Virus record (IMG/VR): IMGVR_UViG_3300015242_000001
Strand: one strand, 5' to 3'
Length of the DNA: 40,275 nt
Source: a virus
The notes beneath the pieces are model-generated. The model saw only the letters and a list, made by a program, of their open reading frames with translations. It ran no database searches and was not told where the DNA came from. Shown here one piece after another: positions 31,152 through 40,275 of the stretch. Both the position numbers and the translations under genes were made by a program. The number at the start of each line of letters is the position of its first letter. The first letter of the stretch is position 1.

Positions 31152-31182
31152 AAAAAATTTCCACTATAGACATAGCAGAAGT
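31152..31182 (-). terminator. probable intrinsic terminator
   Basis: CTTCTGCTAT-GTCT-ATAGTGGAAA (with G-U pairs) followed by TTTTTT. Confidence 0.55.
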
Positions 31183-31204
31183 ATCCATTATAATAACCCC
31201 TAAG

Positions 31205-31582
31205 TTAATGTATTCTATCTTTTAAAAGATTGCTAAGTAATTCCATTTCATGTACCTCTAAATTATTCACTAACACCTTCAGATCAGGACATTTTCTAGG
31301 TTTTTCAATAATTATCTTATCTAAAAAAGTTATGTTGAATTCCCTAAATGGTAATACATGATTGCCTTCCATATCTTTATAATTATCTAACTCTATCATA
31401 TATCCGACTTCTAAAAAAGTAGATTGATAAGATTTAGAATATTCACTATAATTCCACTTAAAAGTACACTTACCTTTTTCATTCACAATCGTACCTAAAG
31501 CATATCTTGGTTTTCCTCCTGTCCAAACTCTTACTTTACCTCCAATGCTTTTATTTTTTCTTTTAACTTGAATTGGTTTCAT
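31205..31582 (-). CDS. hypothetical protein
   Basis: 125-aa ORF. Confidence 0.55.
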   Translation of the reverse strand: MKPIQVKRKNKSIGGKVRVWTGGKPRYALGTIVNEKGKCTFKWNYSEYSKSYQSTFLEVGYMIELDNYKDMEGNHVLPFREFNITFLDKIIIEKPRKCPDLKVLVNNLEVHEMELLSNLLKDRIH

Positions 31583-31606
31583 TTCATTTACTTTAAGGAT
31601 TAAAAA

Positions 31607-31776
31607 ATTGGGCCGGTAGCTATCAGACTTGACTATCGAATATTAAAACTTACCTCGACACAGGGTAGACTTCCCGAATTTCCCCACTAATATAGCGTCT
31701 AGTCTCGTTAACGACCTACATAGTCTTATAATATTAATACCCTGTCAATTATCCTTCGCTTCTCATACGGCCCAAT
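31607..31776 (-). ncRNA. unidentified ~170-nt structured intergenic RNA element
   Basis: Ends pair (ATTGGGCCG 31607-15 / CGGCCCAAT 31768-76); nested ACAGGGTA 31660-67 / TACCCTGT 31738-45; further short helices; U-tract after the closing stem; no ORF. Confidence 0.6.
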
Positions 31777-31780
31777 ACAT

Positions 31781-32398
31781 TCAAATATTTGTTTCGATCC
31801 ATTTTTCAATATAAATTATTCTTTCAGCTCTATTAATTGGTAGTGAATAAGCATCTTCCATTCCAAATTTCATAACTAATTTTTTAATATCTTCTCTATT
31901 CCACATATTCTTCACTCCTTTTATTGATATGGTATTGTCCGGTGCTACTTTTAATCTATATCCTGCTGATCTTGGAACAAATACACCTCCTTCTAATTGA
32001 TCTTCATAAACTTGTTCATATTCAACCATTACATTGTCAAATCCACCTAATTCACAATACTTTTTAATAAATGAATCTGAAGGTCTTGGTAAATTTAATG
32101 AGGGATCAGTAGACGCTATTATTTTATCACAACCATCTTGTCCACAATTAAATTGATAAGGATGATCTACTTTATGAATAATGAAATTTTTAGGCTTATC
32201 AGAATTAAAAGCCCAATCCCCTGCTTTAATTTCTTCATCAGATAAAAAATATAAATGCTGTGGACTAAAACCAGATAAATATTTCTTATCGTTAGAACCT
32301 AAATAATACATCTGTATTTTTGAAATCCAAATTTTACTATCTTTTTCTACAGAGGATTGACGCATTACTATTTTACATTTCTTAAACTGTGTTGTCAT
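31781..32398 (-). CDS. hypothetical protein (QHLYFLSDEEIKxGDW family)
   Basis: 205-aa ORF. Confidence 0.6.
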   Translation of the reverse strand: MTTQFKKCKIVMRQSSVEKDSKIWISKIQMYYLGSNDKKYLSGFSPQHLYFLSDEEIKAGDWAFNSDKPKNFIIHKVDHPYQFNCGQDGCDKIIASTDPSLNLPRPSDSFIKKYCELGGFDNVMVEYEQVYEDQLEGGVFVPRSAGYRLKVAPDNTISIKGVKNMWNREDIKKLVMKFGMEDAYSLPINRAERIIYIEKWIETNI

Positions 32399-32423
32399 AA
32401 ACTTAGTTTTTGAAGATTATTTC

Positions 32424-33716
32424 TTAAGATTTATTGTATTTTAATTTTCCTGTTCTCATTCTGCTAAGATAATATACAGTATTCTTAAAGCACCAACTCG
32501 CACTCCATTTCATTTTAGTGATGTTTTTACTCCAAAAAGTTATACTTATGTTCATAAAATAAAGATCAATAAACATACTGGTTCCTCCTTTTGCTTTTGA
32601 AAAATAAGAGTGATTCTTAAGCATATCTCATAAGTTTTGTTTGTAAAAAATTACCCACTATTAATATAGTGAGTCTGTATTTATACTTATTATTATGAAA
32701 AATTATTTCTAGTCTTTATTTTTATCTGTATCCGTAGCCGGGACGGTTTTAGGTTCATTATAGTCTACAATTATTTTAATTCTGAATGATATAATACACA
32801 TCTCAAAATCTGATGTATCGCATGCATCCTGATAGTTATATGAAAGACCACCAGGGATTTTTTCTCCTATTTCAGGCTTACGAAAAGCGGTCCTTAGAAC
32901 CGTCTGAGGCAATTCATTCATTATATCATCGATATGATACCAATTCCCAGCCTTATAATTTTTCTGAGACTTGACTCTATTTTTAAAGATTGATGTCATT
33001 TTGTATGAATTTAAGGTAAATTACCTATTGTAGAATTAATTCCATTATTCTTATAACACATCATACGATCGGCTAATACCTTCGCTACTTCCCAACTAAA
33101 TGCTATCATATCCGTTAATGTTACCCTTCCTAGCTCTTTAACATATTCTGTAGCAATTACATTTCTCAAATTTTCAGTAAGATGTTCTTGCGTTCTAATA
33201 TCTTCAATGAGTTGTAACAGCTCCTCATAAGATAATTGGTCTAAGTGCATAAAATTAAGTGTTAAAAGTTATTCAATTTCAGGCAATTCTTCCCCGTAAA
33301 TGATTTTTGCAACTAACTCCTCACTGGAAAGACCATAGGGAGATTTTGACATATTCCCGGACATATACCATGCTTGCACAGCTTCGGCCACTTTTAAGCC
33401 AGTATTAAATAAATCGTTTTCTGTGTATTGTGCTCCAAAGACTTCTTCATCATAGTCATTACTGTCTTTCATAAAAATAAATTTAAAGTGTATAAAATTT
33501 AAATATCTGATTTTTTAAATTCCGGTCCAAATGATATGTTTTGATATATTCATCTACAGATCCAGGCCAAAATATATCACCACGCTTTAAAGTATGTTTA
33601 ACAGTACCTTTTAAGGCTCTGTATTCGGTCTTGTACTGCCGAAAAGCTAATTTATGCAAATGTTGTTGTATTGTGTCCATGATAAGTGTATTTTTTAACT
33701 TCAGAAATAGCACCAC
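32424..33716 (-). CDS. cluster of small hypothetical ORFs
   Basis: Co-directional ORFs of 66-96 aa. Confidence 0.5.
32645..32674 (-). terminator. intrinsic terminator
   Basis: ACTCACTAT-loop-ATAGTGGGT then AATTTTTT. Confidence 0.6.
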
Positions 33717-34074
33717 ACCAATTAACCATTATAAACGACCTCTTTAAAAAATATGCAGCAAGTAACCTATGATTCCCATCAATAATAGTGGGGTAACAAG
33801 TATTGGGTATTCCAAAATCAATTTCTATGGGGAAGTCATCACTAAAATTATTGACTAGCCAAGCAATTCTTTTAATATGGGTGGTGCGATCGGATATATC
33901 CCATATTAATTCAAACTTTACTGGTATATGAGGCCCCTGGGTTTGATTATTATAAAGAGATTCTTCAATTTCTATACTGCTTATAGGTTTGTTACATTCA
34001 ACCCAAATATTACGTTCCCAAGGTTGAAATAATTCTGCTAATTTTAGCAAATCTATTTTTAAAACCTCTTCCAT
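33652..34074 (-). CDS. ParB/Srx-like domain protein
   Basis: PIEI...IIDGNHRLLAA motif. Confidence 0.65.
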   Translation of the reverse strand: MEEVLKIDLLKLAELFQPWERNIWVECNKPISSIEIEESLYNNQTQGPHIPVKFELIWDISDRTTHIKRIAWLVNNFSDDFPIEIDFGIPNTCYPTIIDGNHRLLAAYFLKRSFIMVNWCGAISEVKKYTYHGHNTTTFA

Positions 34075-34488
34075 ATTTAAGTAGTTAACAATTCCAAAAA
34101 TCCATTATTAGCCTCAATTAAAGCCCATGATAATGGTATTTCATTTCTTGCAAATTCTTTACCTGTGTATCCAGGTCCATTTTCATCAGGAACTACTAAT
34201 AACACTTCATCTATTAAAGAGTGTTGAACTTGCATTCCTAATTTAATATCGTTGGGTGTTAATGTTTTCATAATATTTTAGTTTAAAACAATTACGAATG
34301 CACTGGCAATCATTGTTGCTGGTATTTCGATAGGGATGATGTGACTTTCCATATCTGCCACCTGATACGTAGTACTTTTAGGGTGCATTTCTATTGAGGT
34401 AGGGATACACCAAAACATACCGTTATTAAGATCGGTATAAAATTCATTGGAGTACATAAATTTGGGGATTTAAATGTGAAGTTTGGGG

Positions 34489-34890
34489 TTATTTACTTTG
34501 TTCGTTATACCATTCTATAAACATTAATACAGCCTTGTATACAGCCTCCATTTTAGTTTCAGCAGTTGTATAGATTGTATTAAAGGTGTTTTTATGGCTA
34601 GGGCTAATCTCACAATGATGTAATTTATCTACGTTGTCCCAACTAATGTTAAATTCGTATACTTCATTATTACATTCGATTCGTTCAACTACATACATCA
34701 GCCGATCCCAAGATGTGTGGAATTTTAATTCATTTATATCCTCTTCAAAATCATAATTACCGCTTTCAAACTCATATAGGAATTTAGGGTGGTATAACTC
34801 TGGGGGGATACTTACATCATTTCCATTTATGGCCCATCCCATAAACTCAACAATTCTTTCATTATATAGTATTATTTCTTGTTGTTTCAT
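34489..34890 (-). CDS. hypothetical protein, paralog of 34909-35358
   Basis: NERIVEFMG, FHTSWDRLMYVVERIE and EAVYKAVLMFIEWYN. Confidence 0.7.
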   Translation of the reverse strand: MKQQEIILYNERIVEFMGWAINGNDVSIPPELYHPKFLYEFESGNYDFEEDINELKFHTSWDRLMYVVERIECNNEVYEFNISWDNVDKLHHCEISPSHKNTFNTIYTTAETKMEAVYKAVLMFIEWYNEQSK

Positions 34891-34908
34891 AATTAGTAAT
34901 TTACAAGA

Positions 34909-35358
34909 TTATTTAGTTGATGTATTATACCATTCAATGAATTTGACGACAGATTCCAAAACAGACTCTATTTTAGAGATTTTAGATTCCCCATTAAATT
35001 GGGTATCTTCATTCACAAAAATATTGCAATAATAAAATGGCTCATTAATATCATTATGACGTGAAATATATACTTTGCAATATTCAGTAACGGATTTTAA
35101 ATTCATGGGGGTATCCTCAATTTTAATAATAACGGGCATCAACCAATCCCATGAATTATGATATTTCATAGTTTGGGGAGTATGGGAGGAGGAAAGACCA
35201 AATGGTGTATCTTCACAAAGATACTCATGCTCAGGAATATAATAAGCATCCCTTTTAACGTATTTTCCATTTTCTAGGAAATGTACATTATTCTCCATCT
35301 TATGACCCATAAATTCAGCAATCAATTTATTACCTTTTAATATTTCATCTTGTGTCAT
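34909..35358 (-). CDS. hypothetical protein, paralog of 34489-34890
   Basis: NKLIAEFMG, YHNSWDWLMPVIIKIE and ESVLESVVKFIEWYN. Confidence 0.7.
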   Translation of the reverse strand: MTQDEILKGNKLIAEFMGHKMENNVHFLENGKYVKRDAYYIPEHEYLCEDTPFGLSSSHTPQTMKYHNSWDWLMPVIIKIEDTPMNLKSVTEYCKVYISRHNDINEPFYYCNIFVNEDTQFNGESKISKIESVLESVVKFIEWYNTSTK

Positions 35359-35381
35359 AATAATAAGATTTAAGAGTAAAC

Positions 35382-35406
35382 AAAAAACCGGACAATTATA
35401 TCCGGT
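35382..35406 (-). terminator. intrinsic terminator
   Basis: ACCGGA-loop-TCCGGT followed by TTTTT. Confidence 0.65.
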
Positions 35407-35884
35407 CTGAAGTATTATATATAAATTGGGTAATTACCAACGTGCATTAACTATCTCTTTATCTTCATTTTTATATCTCCATTCACAACGTCTAAAGGGA
35501 CAAGGTTTACCAGATGCAGAATAGTCTAATACAATATCATACAGATTATTCCAAGCGTGTTGTTTGACTAATGTTCCCGGTCCCATTGTGGTAATAACCC
35601 GCTTGTTTTCTGGTTTAGATACAGGCGTAAACATAATTTTAATATTTTGAGTATTATATATAAAGATAATAATAAATTCAAATTTGATTTTCGGGTAACT
35701 GGTTTAATTTTTCAGCTATTTTCATAACCGCTGCTTTCGTTCCCATTACTTTTCCTCCAATACCCCATCCATCAGCCAGCCGTGAGTATTTTCTATCGTA
35801 TAAATACCAATGTTCGTGTTCATTCCCCATTCCATAAAATGTGTAGCGACCTTTAGTTGCTTTCTTTTCCATAATAAAAAGATT

Positions 35885-36136
35885 TTACAATTTAATTTTT
35901 AACTCTTTTACTCCCAATGCCTTTGCATATTGTAAAAGAAATTTCAAAGATCCGGGGGAATTTTTTGGGTTCTCAAAATAATTTATTAATGTATAGTGAC
36001 ATCCTATAATTTCCGCTAATTCTCTATCGGATATATTCAGGAACTTTCTAAACTCCCTCATTTGTAACCCTATTGATATTGAAGTATCTATGGTAATGCT
36101 CTTTAACCTTACATCAATTCTTTTGTCTTTTTTCAT
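35885..36136 (-). CDS. XRE-family HTH transcriptional regulator
   Basis: GLQMREFRKFLNISDRELAEIIGCHYTLINYFEN...YAKALGV. Confidence 0.8.
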   Translation of the reverse strand: MKKDKRIDVRLKSITIDTSISIGLQMREFRKFLNISDRELAEIIGCHYTLINYFENPKNSPGSLKFLLQYAKALGVKELKIKL

Positions 36137-38484
36137 TACTCCCCAGTAATTTCAGGTGCTAATAAGCCATATCCTCCCCAATCAGTTTTCAATCCAATAT
36201 CTTTATATTTACCTGTATGAGGATTCATAAATTCGGATTCGATTTTTAAAGTGTACCCTCTTGCGTCGCCGTTTATACGTAATCCATCTAATTTATTATT
36301 AAATAACTTTATAACCTGAACGGTGTATCCTATTTCCCTTACCTCCCATTGTTCACTATCAATATCACCGTTACACCAGTCTGTTGCATCTTTATGGGCT
36401 TTAGATTCAATCAGGCGTAGTTTAGAGCTTATTTTTTTGCCATCTGGATTACTTACCCCACATAGTTCAGCTAGTTTTGTAAGGGCTGCGTAATGCCGTT
36501 CTAATTCGTTTTTACGGCGTTCTAATTTAGTAGACATAATAATAAGTTTTACAGTAAAATATCTGTTTTCATTTCCTCAAAATGAAATTCACCCTCCCCA
36601 TCATAGCCTTGTGTTTGTTTAATACTTTTTAACAACTCAAGTTGTACATCACTAATTCGATGATCTTCGTTTTTGGCCCTCCTTACACAAATTTCTATTG
36701 CTCTTTTAGGGGTTGTACCTACTCCTATTAATTCTCTACTGTTATAACTATGCCAAGTATCTGTTTTATATATTAGATATACGCTTTTCATGATATTAAG
36801 ATTTAAAAATCGCTTGTAAATTCCATTTTCCTAGAATATAGACCAGGATCATTATTCTCATTGTATTGTTTGCACCTTTCCCTAGCTTCCTCAATTGTAT
36901 TTACATAGTCTATTTGTGATTTTCTACCTATTTTAGGGATGCGTTGTTTGGTCTTTGGGTCTTTTGCCCACCATGTACGAACAAATATTTGATATTTCAT
37001 AATAATAAGTTTTATGTAAGATTAGCTAAAAATAAAGGCGCTACTTCATCAATGGTTTTACAATAACTACATGGTATCCCCTGATTGTACGAAAAATCTC
37101 TTGGTATAAAACATGCAGGTGTTTTTGCGGTAATTAAATGTTTGTAATCTTGTGCTAAAACCCAGCAATTATGTATTCGTATATAAAGATAATTATCATC
37201 TAATTCCATAATAATAAGTTTTATGTATTAACGAGATTATTTCCTGCCCATATTTTGAAATAAACATTGAACGAAAAGGGGTCATACTTCCTAACTAGTG
37301 TCCCCAACTTATGATTGGCATGGGCAGTATAGATTTTTGACTTTTTTATTTTTCCATTCTTCAAATAACAAAATTGATCATATGCTTCCGACTCAGTATA
37401 CATATCTGTATATAGTTCATTTAGATACTTCTCATATGCAGATTTTGTATTTTTCACAGTAAGGAAAAGTTTATAGTTTATTTTGTGTATCGTCCCATTC
37501 GTTAAAGTTAACTACGGTAGGTCGATAAAACCTTTTAGGATGTGCCCAATCCCCTGCTTTTTTCATCAGCCTTCCATCTTTGATATATGAATCAATAGTC
37601 TCATTCCATGCTTGCCGTAACGCTGGTTTGTCATCTTTTGGGATATTGGGTTCTATTTCAGATTTAAAGAACGCTTCAAATTGTTTCTTGTTCATAAGAA
37701 TTTTTTATAATATTAATAATGAAGGCAATAAAATTAAAACAAACGGCCATATTCCAATACTACTATGTCTAACATTCCTTCATCATTTAATTCAGGCGCC
37801 TTGATACTATATGTTCTATAGATTTGTCTATCTCTAAACGCTTCACACAACTTTTTATAGGAAAAATATTCCTTCTCTTCGAATTCTTTCCTTGACCATG
37901 AACTTTTTTTAGTATTATGATAAGAACAAGCTGCTTTCCAAACACTTTTTAGATTTCCTACAACCCCTAAGATTCCATCGCCTGAGCCTGATATAACAAA
38001 TATTAATTGACCATTTTTCATTTGGTGCTAGTTTTCTGTAATTTGATCTTTCTTTTTTCCCAATACTCCCCCCGTTAATTTAATAATTGTAAAATAGCAA
38101 TCGAAATTAATAATACGATCATCAATATATCTATTACATTAGGCTCCTCGTCCTACGGGTAATGCCAGGCATCACTCATGTTTACAATTTTAATAAATTA
38201 ATAGCTTCTTGTTCTGTGAAATTATTATCGAAGCCGTCCCAGTGAGTAAGAAAACCATATTCCCAATTACATATTGCTCCCTTATCATCATAAACTGGCC
38301 CTTTACATACCTCGAAACAATATCCTTCTCTGTGATAAACCCTTAATTTTTTTATCTGTTGAGCTTCCTCTACTTCATCACTAACATTTATTACATCAAA
38401 CTTTGTTCCCTCTGTATTACTGAATTGTTCAACCAAATCAAACAAGTTTTGTTCAATCGTACTTAACCAATTTTTTGCATCCAT
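36136..38484 (-). CDS. array of small early/host-takeover ORFs (65-133 aa)
   Basis: Eight ORFs, several separated by identical 11-nt spacers. Confidence 0.6.
36538..37220 (-). repeat. repeated 11-nt intergenic spacer AACTTATTATT (36538-48, 37001-11, 37210-20; variant ATCTTAATATC at 36792-802)
   Basis: Each lies exactly between a TAA stop and the next ATG. Confidence 0.8.
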
Positions 38485-38511
38485 AACAATAAATTTAAAA
38501 TATTAATAATA

Positions 38512-39150
38512 TAATCCCTCTGCACACTATGTAATAGGCTCCTGCTCCTGGATAAAGGAATTGAGCAATACTTGTTGCACCTATTACATAGCTCACCCTT
38601 GGGAGGCTGATTAATATCCCTTTCTAACATTTTAAGTTGAGGCTGTCTATTAATCAGGAGGATTGTTTATACCTCTGAGAATGGTGCATTAATAGACAAT
38701 TATTTAGGCTGTAACAGTCGTCAATAACTTACATTTGATGGATCGCTAAACCTCCATACCTATATAATTGTCGTAATATCTTATTTGGAATAATCCGGAT
38801 ATAACGGTATCTTTGCGTTATCAGATGTAAAAATACATAATATACCCGAATGTAATAAACTGTATTATTAAGACACGTTGAATGTGTGCCTTGTCACAGG
38901 GAGTCTATCCCCTGCTACCTTTCCGAACGTGATATAATGCAATTTACTGCTTCGGGTATCCTTGTTACATAGGCTCAGATACTTGCCTTCGTTACTTACT
39001 GGTAACATTCAGACCATGATGCACATAGTTTGGGCGCTTACTGTAATTTCAGCGACGTTAACCACAATTCAGTGATTTCAACCTTTCACACGTTTGATCC
39101 GGTTTCTGTTCCTGTACTTAGTAAGGTACATTGTCTGTTTCAGGATCACG
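38512..39150 (-). ncRNA. putative large (~640 nt) structured ncRNA, family unrecognised
   Basis: No ORF of 60 aa or more in a genome otherwise wall-to-wall coding; many nested inverted repeats (12 bp 38527-38/38580-91; 11 bp 38644-54/38688-98; 9 bp 38842-50/38951-59; 11 bp with one mismatch 38729-39/38820-30). Confidence 0.65.
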
Positions 39151-39153
39151 ATA

Positions 39154-39208
39154 CTAAGGTAAAACTAATACTATTCTAAACCTAATAATTTTTGTCATTT
39201 ATTTGTCA
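39154..39208 (-). promoter_or_regulatory. putative promoter (TTAG-N20-TACCTTAG) with upstream TGACA-N6-TGACA
   Basis: Near-consensus -7/-33 elements; direct repeat TGTCA at 39193 and 39204. Confidence 0.5.
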
Positions 39209-39234
39209 CGATTAACTGATCTTTTACCAGTGTT

Positions 39235-39286
39235 GACTAGGACACGGTTTCCCGTGTTTCGCTGACTTACAGCTCATCGGCTAGTC
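39235..39286 (-). ncRNA. type I hammerhead ribozyme (U4C core variant)
   Basis: Minus strand: GACUAG CCGAUGA GCUG-UAAGU-CAGC GAAA CACGG-GAAA-CCGUG UC CUAGUC; three perfect stems, GAAA core and GUC cleavage triplet. Confidence 0.88.
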
Positions 39287-39441
39287 TTTTAGAAATCTAA
39301 AGGTTATATTATAATAACCCATTTTTTCAAGCAAGGGAACCCATAAAATAGCCTCTTTTTCGGTTTCTACTGCTTTACAGTGATAATTGCTATTGTAATA
39401 AAATTCTAAAATATAGTTTATTGTTCTCATAATAATTAGAT

Positions 39442-39705
39442 TTAAAGGTTATCATTGATGTGCTGAACGATGGCTGTATAAGTGGTTTCCGGGACTGGCT
39501 CCCGTTGTCCTTTGGCAAGGAAAGGGGAAATAAGATACAATTGCACACTATATACGGGTAGTTCATTTGATTTGTCCTTTGTGACAAAGATATGCAGTCC
39601 GTCCGGCGCGTTGTCTGCTATCCAGTCCATGAGTAATTCAAGGGCGTGGGTTTCCTTTGATATAAGGATAGTGTTTTTATTGATAAGATAATATGCTTTG
39701 TTCAT
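39442..39705 (-). CDS. hypothetical protein
   Basis: 87-aa ORF. Confidence 0.55.
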   Translation of the reverse strand: MNKAYYLINKNTILISKETHALELLMDWIADNAPDGLHIFVTKDKSNELPVYSVQLYLISPFLAKGQREPVPETTYTAIVQHINDNL

Positions 39706-39723
39706 GATCTAATGGTTTAAGAG

Positions 39724-40047
39724 TTATTGATTAATATACAATGTAGCGTACTGATACCCCCAAAAATTAGACTGTATGAGTAGCATGTTTTTACTGCTCC
39801 TTATAGCTATTTTCATACAGTCATTAACAAATTGCTGAGTGTCCTTAATTGATCTTGGACCAGCAATATTAAAATCAAAACTAAAGAAGCTATGTTTTGT
39901 ATCAACTGTTGTTCTACAGGTATCAATCTCGCAAATAATAGCCTTGTTGTGCTTAGCATAGTCATATACTATAGTAACCTGCTCAGCGGGTGGTAATTCA
40001 TTAATGTTTGCTGGTAAGCCTATTATATTGGACGTGGTGATTGACAT
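39724..40047 (-). CDS. hypothetical protein
   Basis: 107-aa ORF. Confidence 0.55.
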   Translation of the reverse strand: MSITTSNIIGLPANINELPPAEQVTIVYDYAKHNKAIICEIDTCRTTVDTKHSFFSFDFNIAGPRSIKDTQQFVNDCMKIAIRSSKNMLLIQSNFWGYQYATLYINQ

Positions 40048-40275
40048 ACAATGTAGTTTAAAGATTATTCAGCAATAGTAACTTTATAATACCCTTTGGG
40101 ATCAATCCAGTACTTAAAGCCTCCATTGTCACACGTATTGGTTTGTTCTATCAATTCATATGCACAATCAGCTAGTGTCTCCTGCGCTAATGTATAGAAA
40201 AGTCCCTGTAAGGTTGGTTCGTTACGTTGTTCTTTTGCTTCATTGACGGCCTGAAATAACCAGCGCTTGCCCTGC

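Noticed and set aside
11237-38179. Genome-wide TAG stop-codon reassignment as in some crAss-like phages
   Set aside because: Large genes are intact under code 11, and SSB ends at a TAG right after its canonical DLPF tail; only one microprotein has an in-frame TAG
39095-39112. AACAGAAACCGG resembling the RNase P RNA 3' conserved region
   Set aside because: No upstream GAGGAAAGUCC partner, and it lies near the 5' end of the element
38512-39150. Group I/II intron, tmRNA, tRNA or CRISPR array as the explanation of the non-coding region
   Set aside because: No interrupted gene, no GUGYG/domain V, no tRNA-like ends and no regularly spaced repeats
352-39691. Plus-strand ORFs in the ORF track
   Set aside because: All are antisense shadows of well-supported minus-strand genes, with no recognisable motifs

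Overview
AT-rich, densely coding fragment of a tailed dsDNA phage. The host is probably a Bacteroidota species, and the gene content is crAss-like or related. Essentially all real genes are on the minus strand. The left ~25 kb is a replication/recombination module: RecA, DnaA-domain-IV-like protein, Nmad1/DUF1599, Cas4-like exonuclease, AAA ATPase, PD-(D/E)XK endonuclease, a degenerate uracil-DNA glycosylase, primase, Rieske-domain protein, SSB, ERF, macrodomain, AEP-motif protein, HNH endonuclease, SF2 and SF4 helicases and a family A DNA polymerase. The right ~15 kb is an early/host-takeover region of small ORFs plus an FkbM methyltransferase. The most striking non-coding signals are: (1) a near-perfect type I hammerhead ribozyme (39235-39286, minus strand, CCGAUGA core variant); (2) immediately downstream of it, a promoter with a TGACA-N6-TGACA element and a ~640-nt ORF-free, heavily base-paired region that looks like an unrecognised large ncRNA (38512-39150); (3) a second ~170-nt structured RNA (31607-31776); (4) promoters sharing a conserved spacer, and identical 11-nt spacers between early genes. 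All calls come from motif recognition by eye; no database searches were run.
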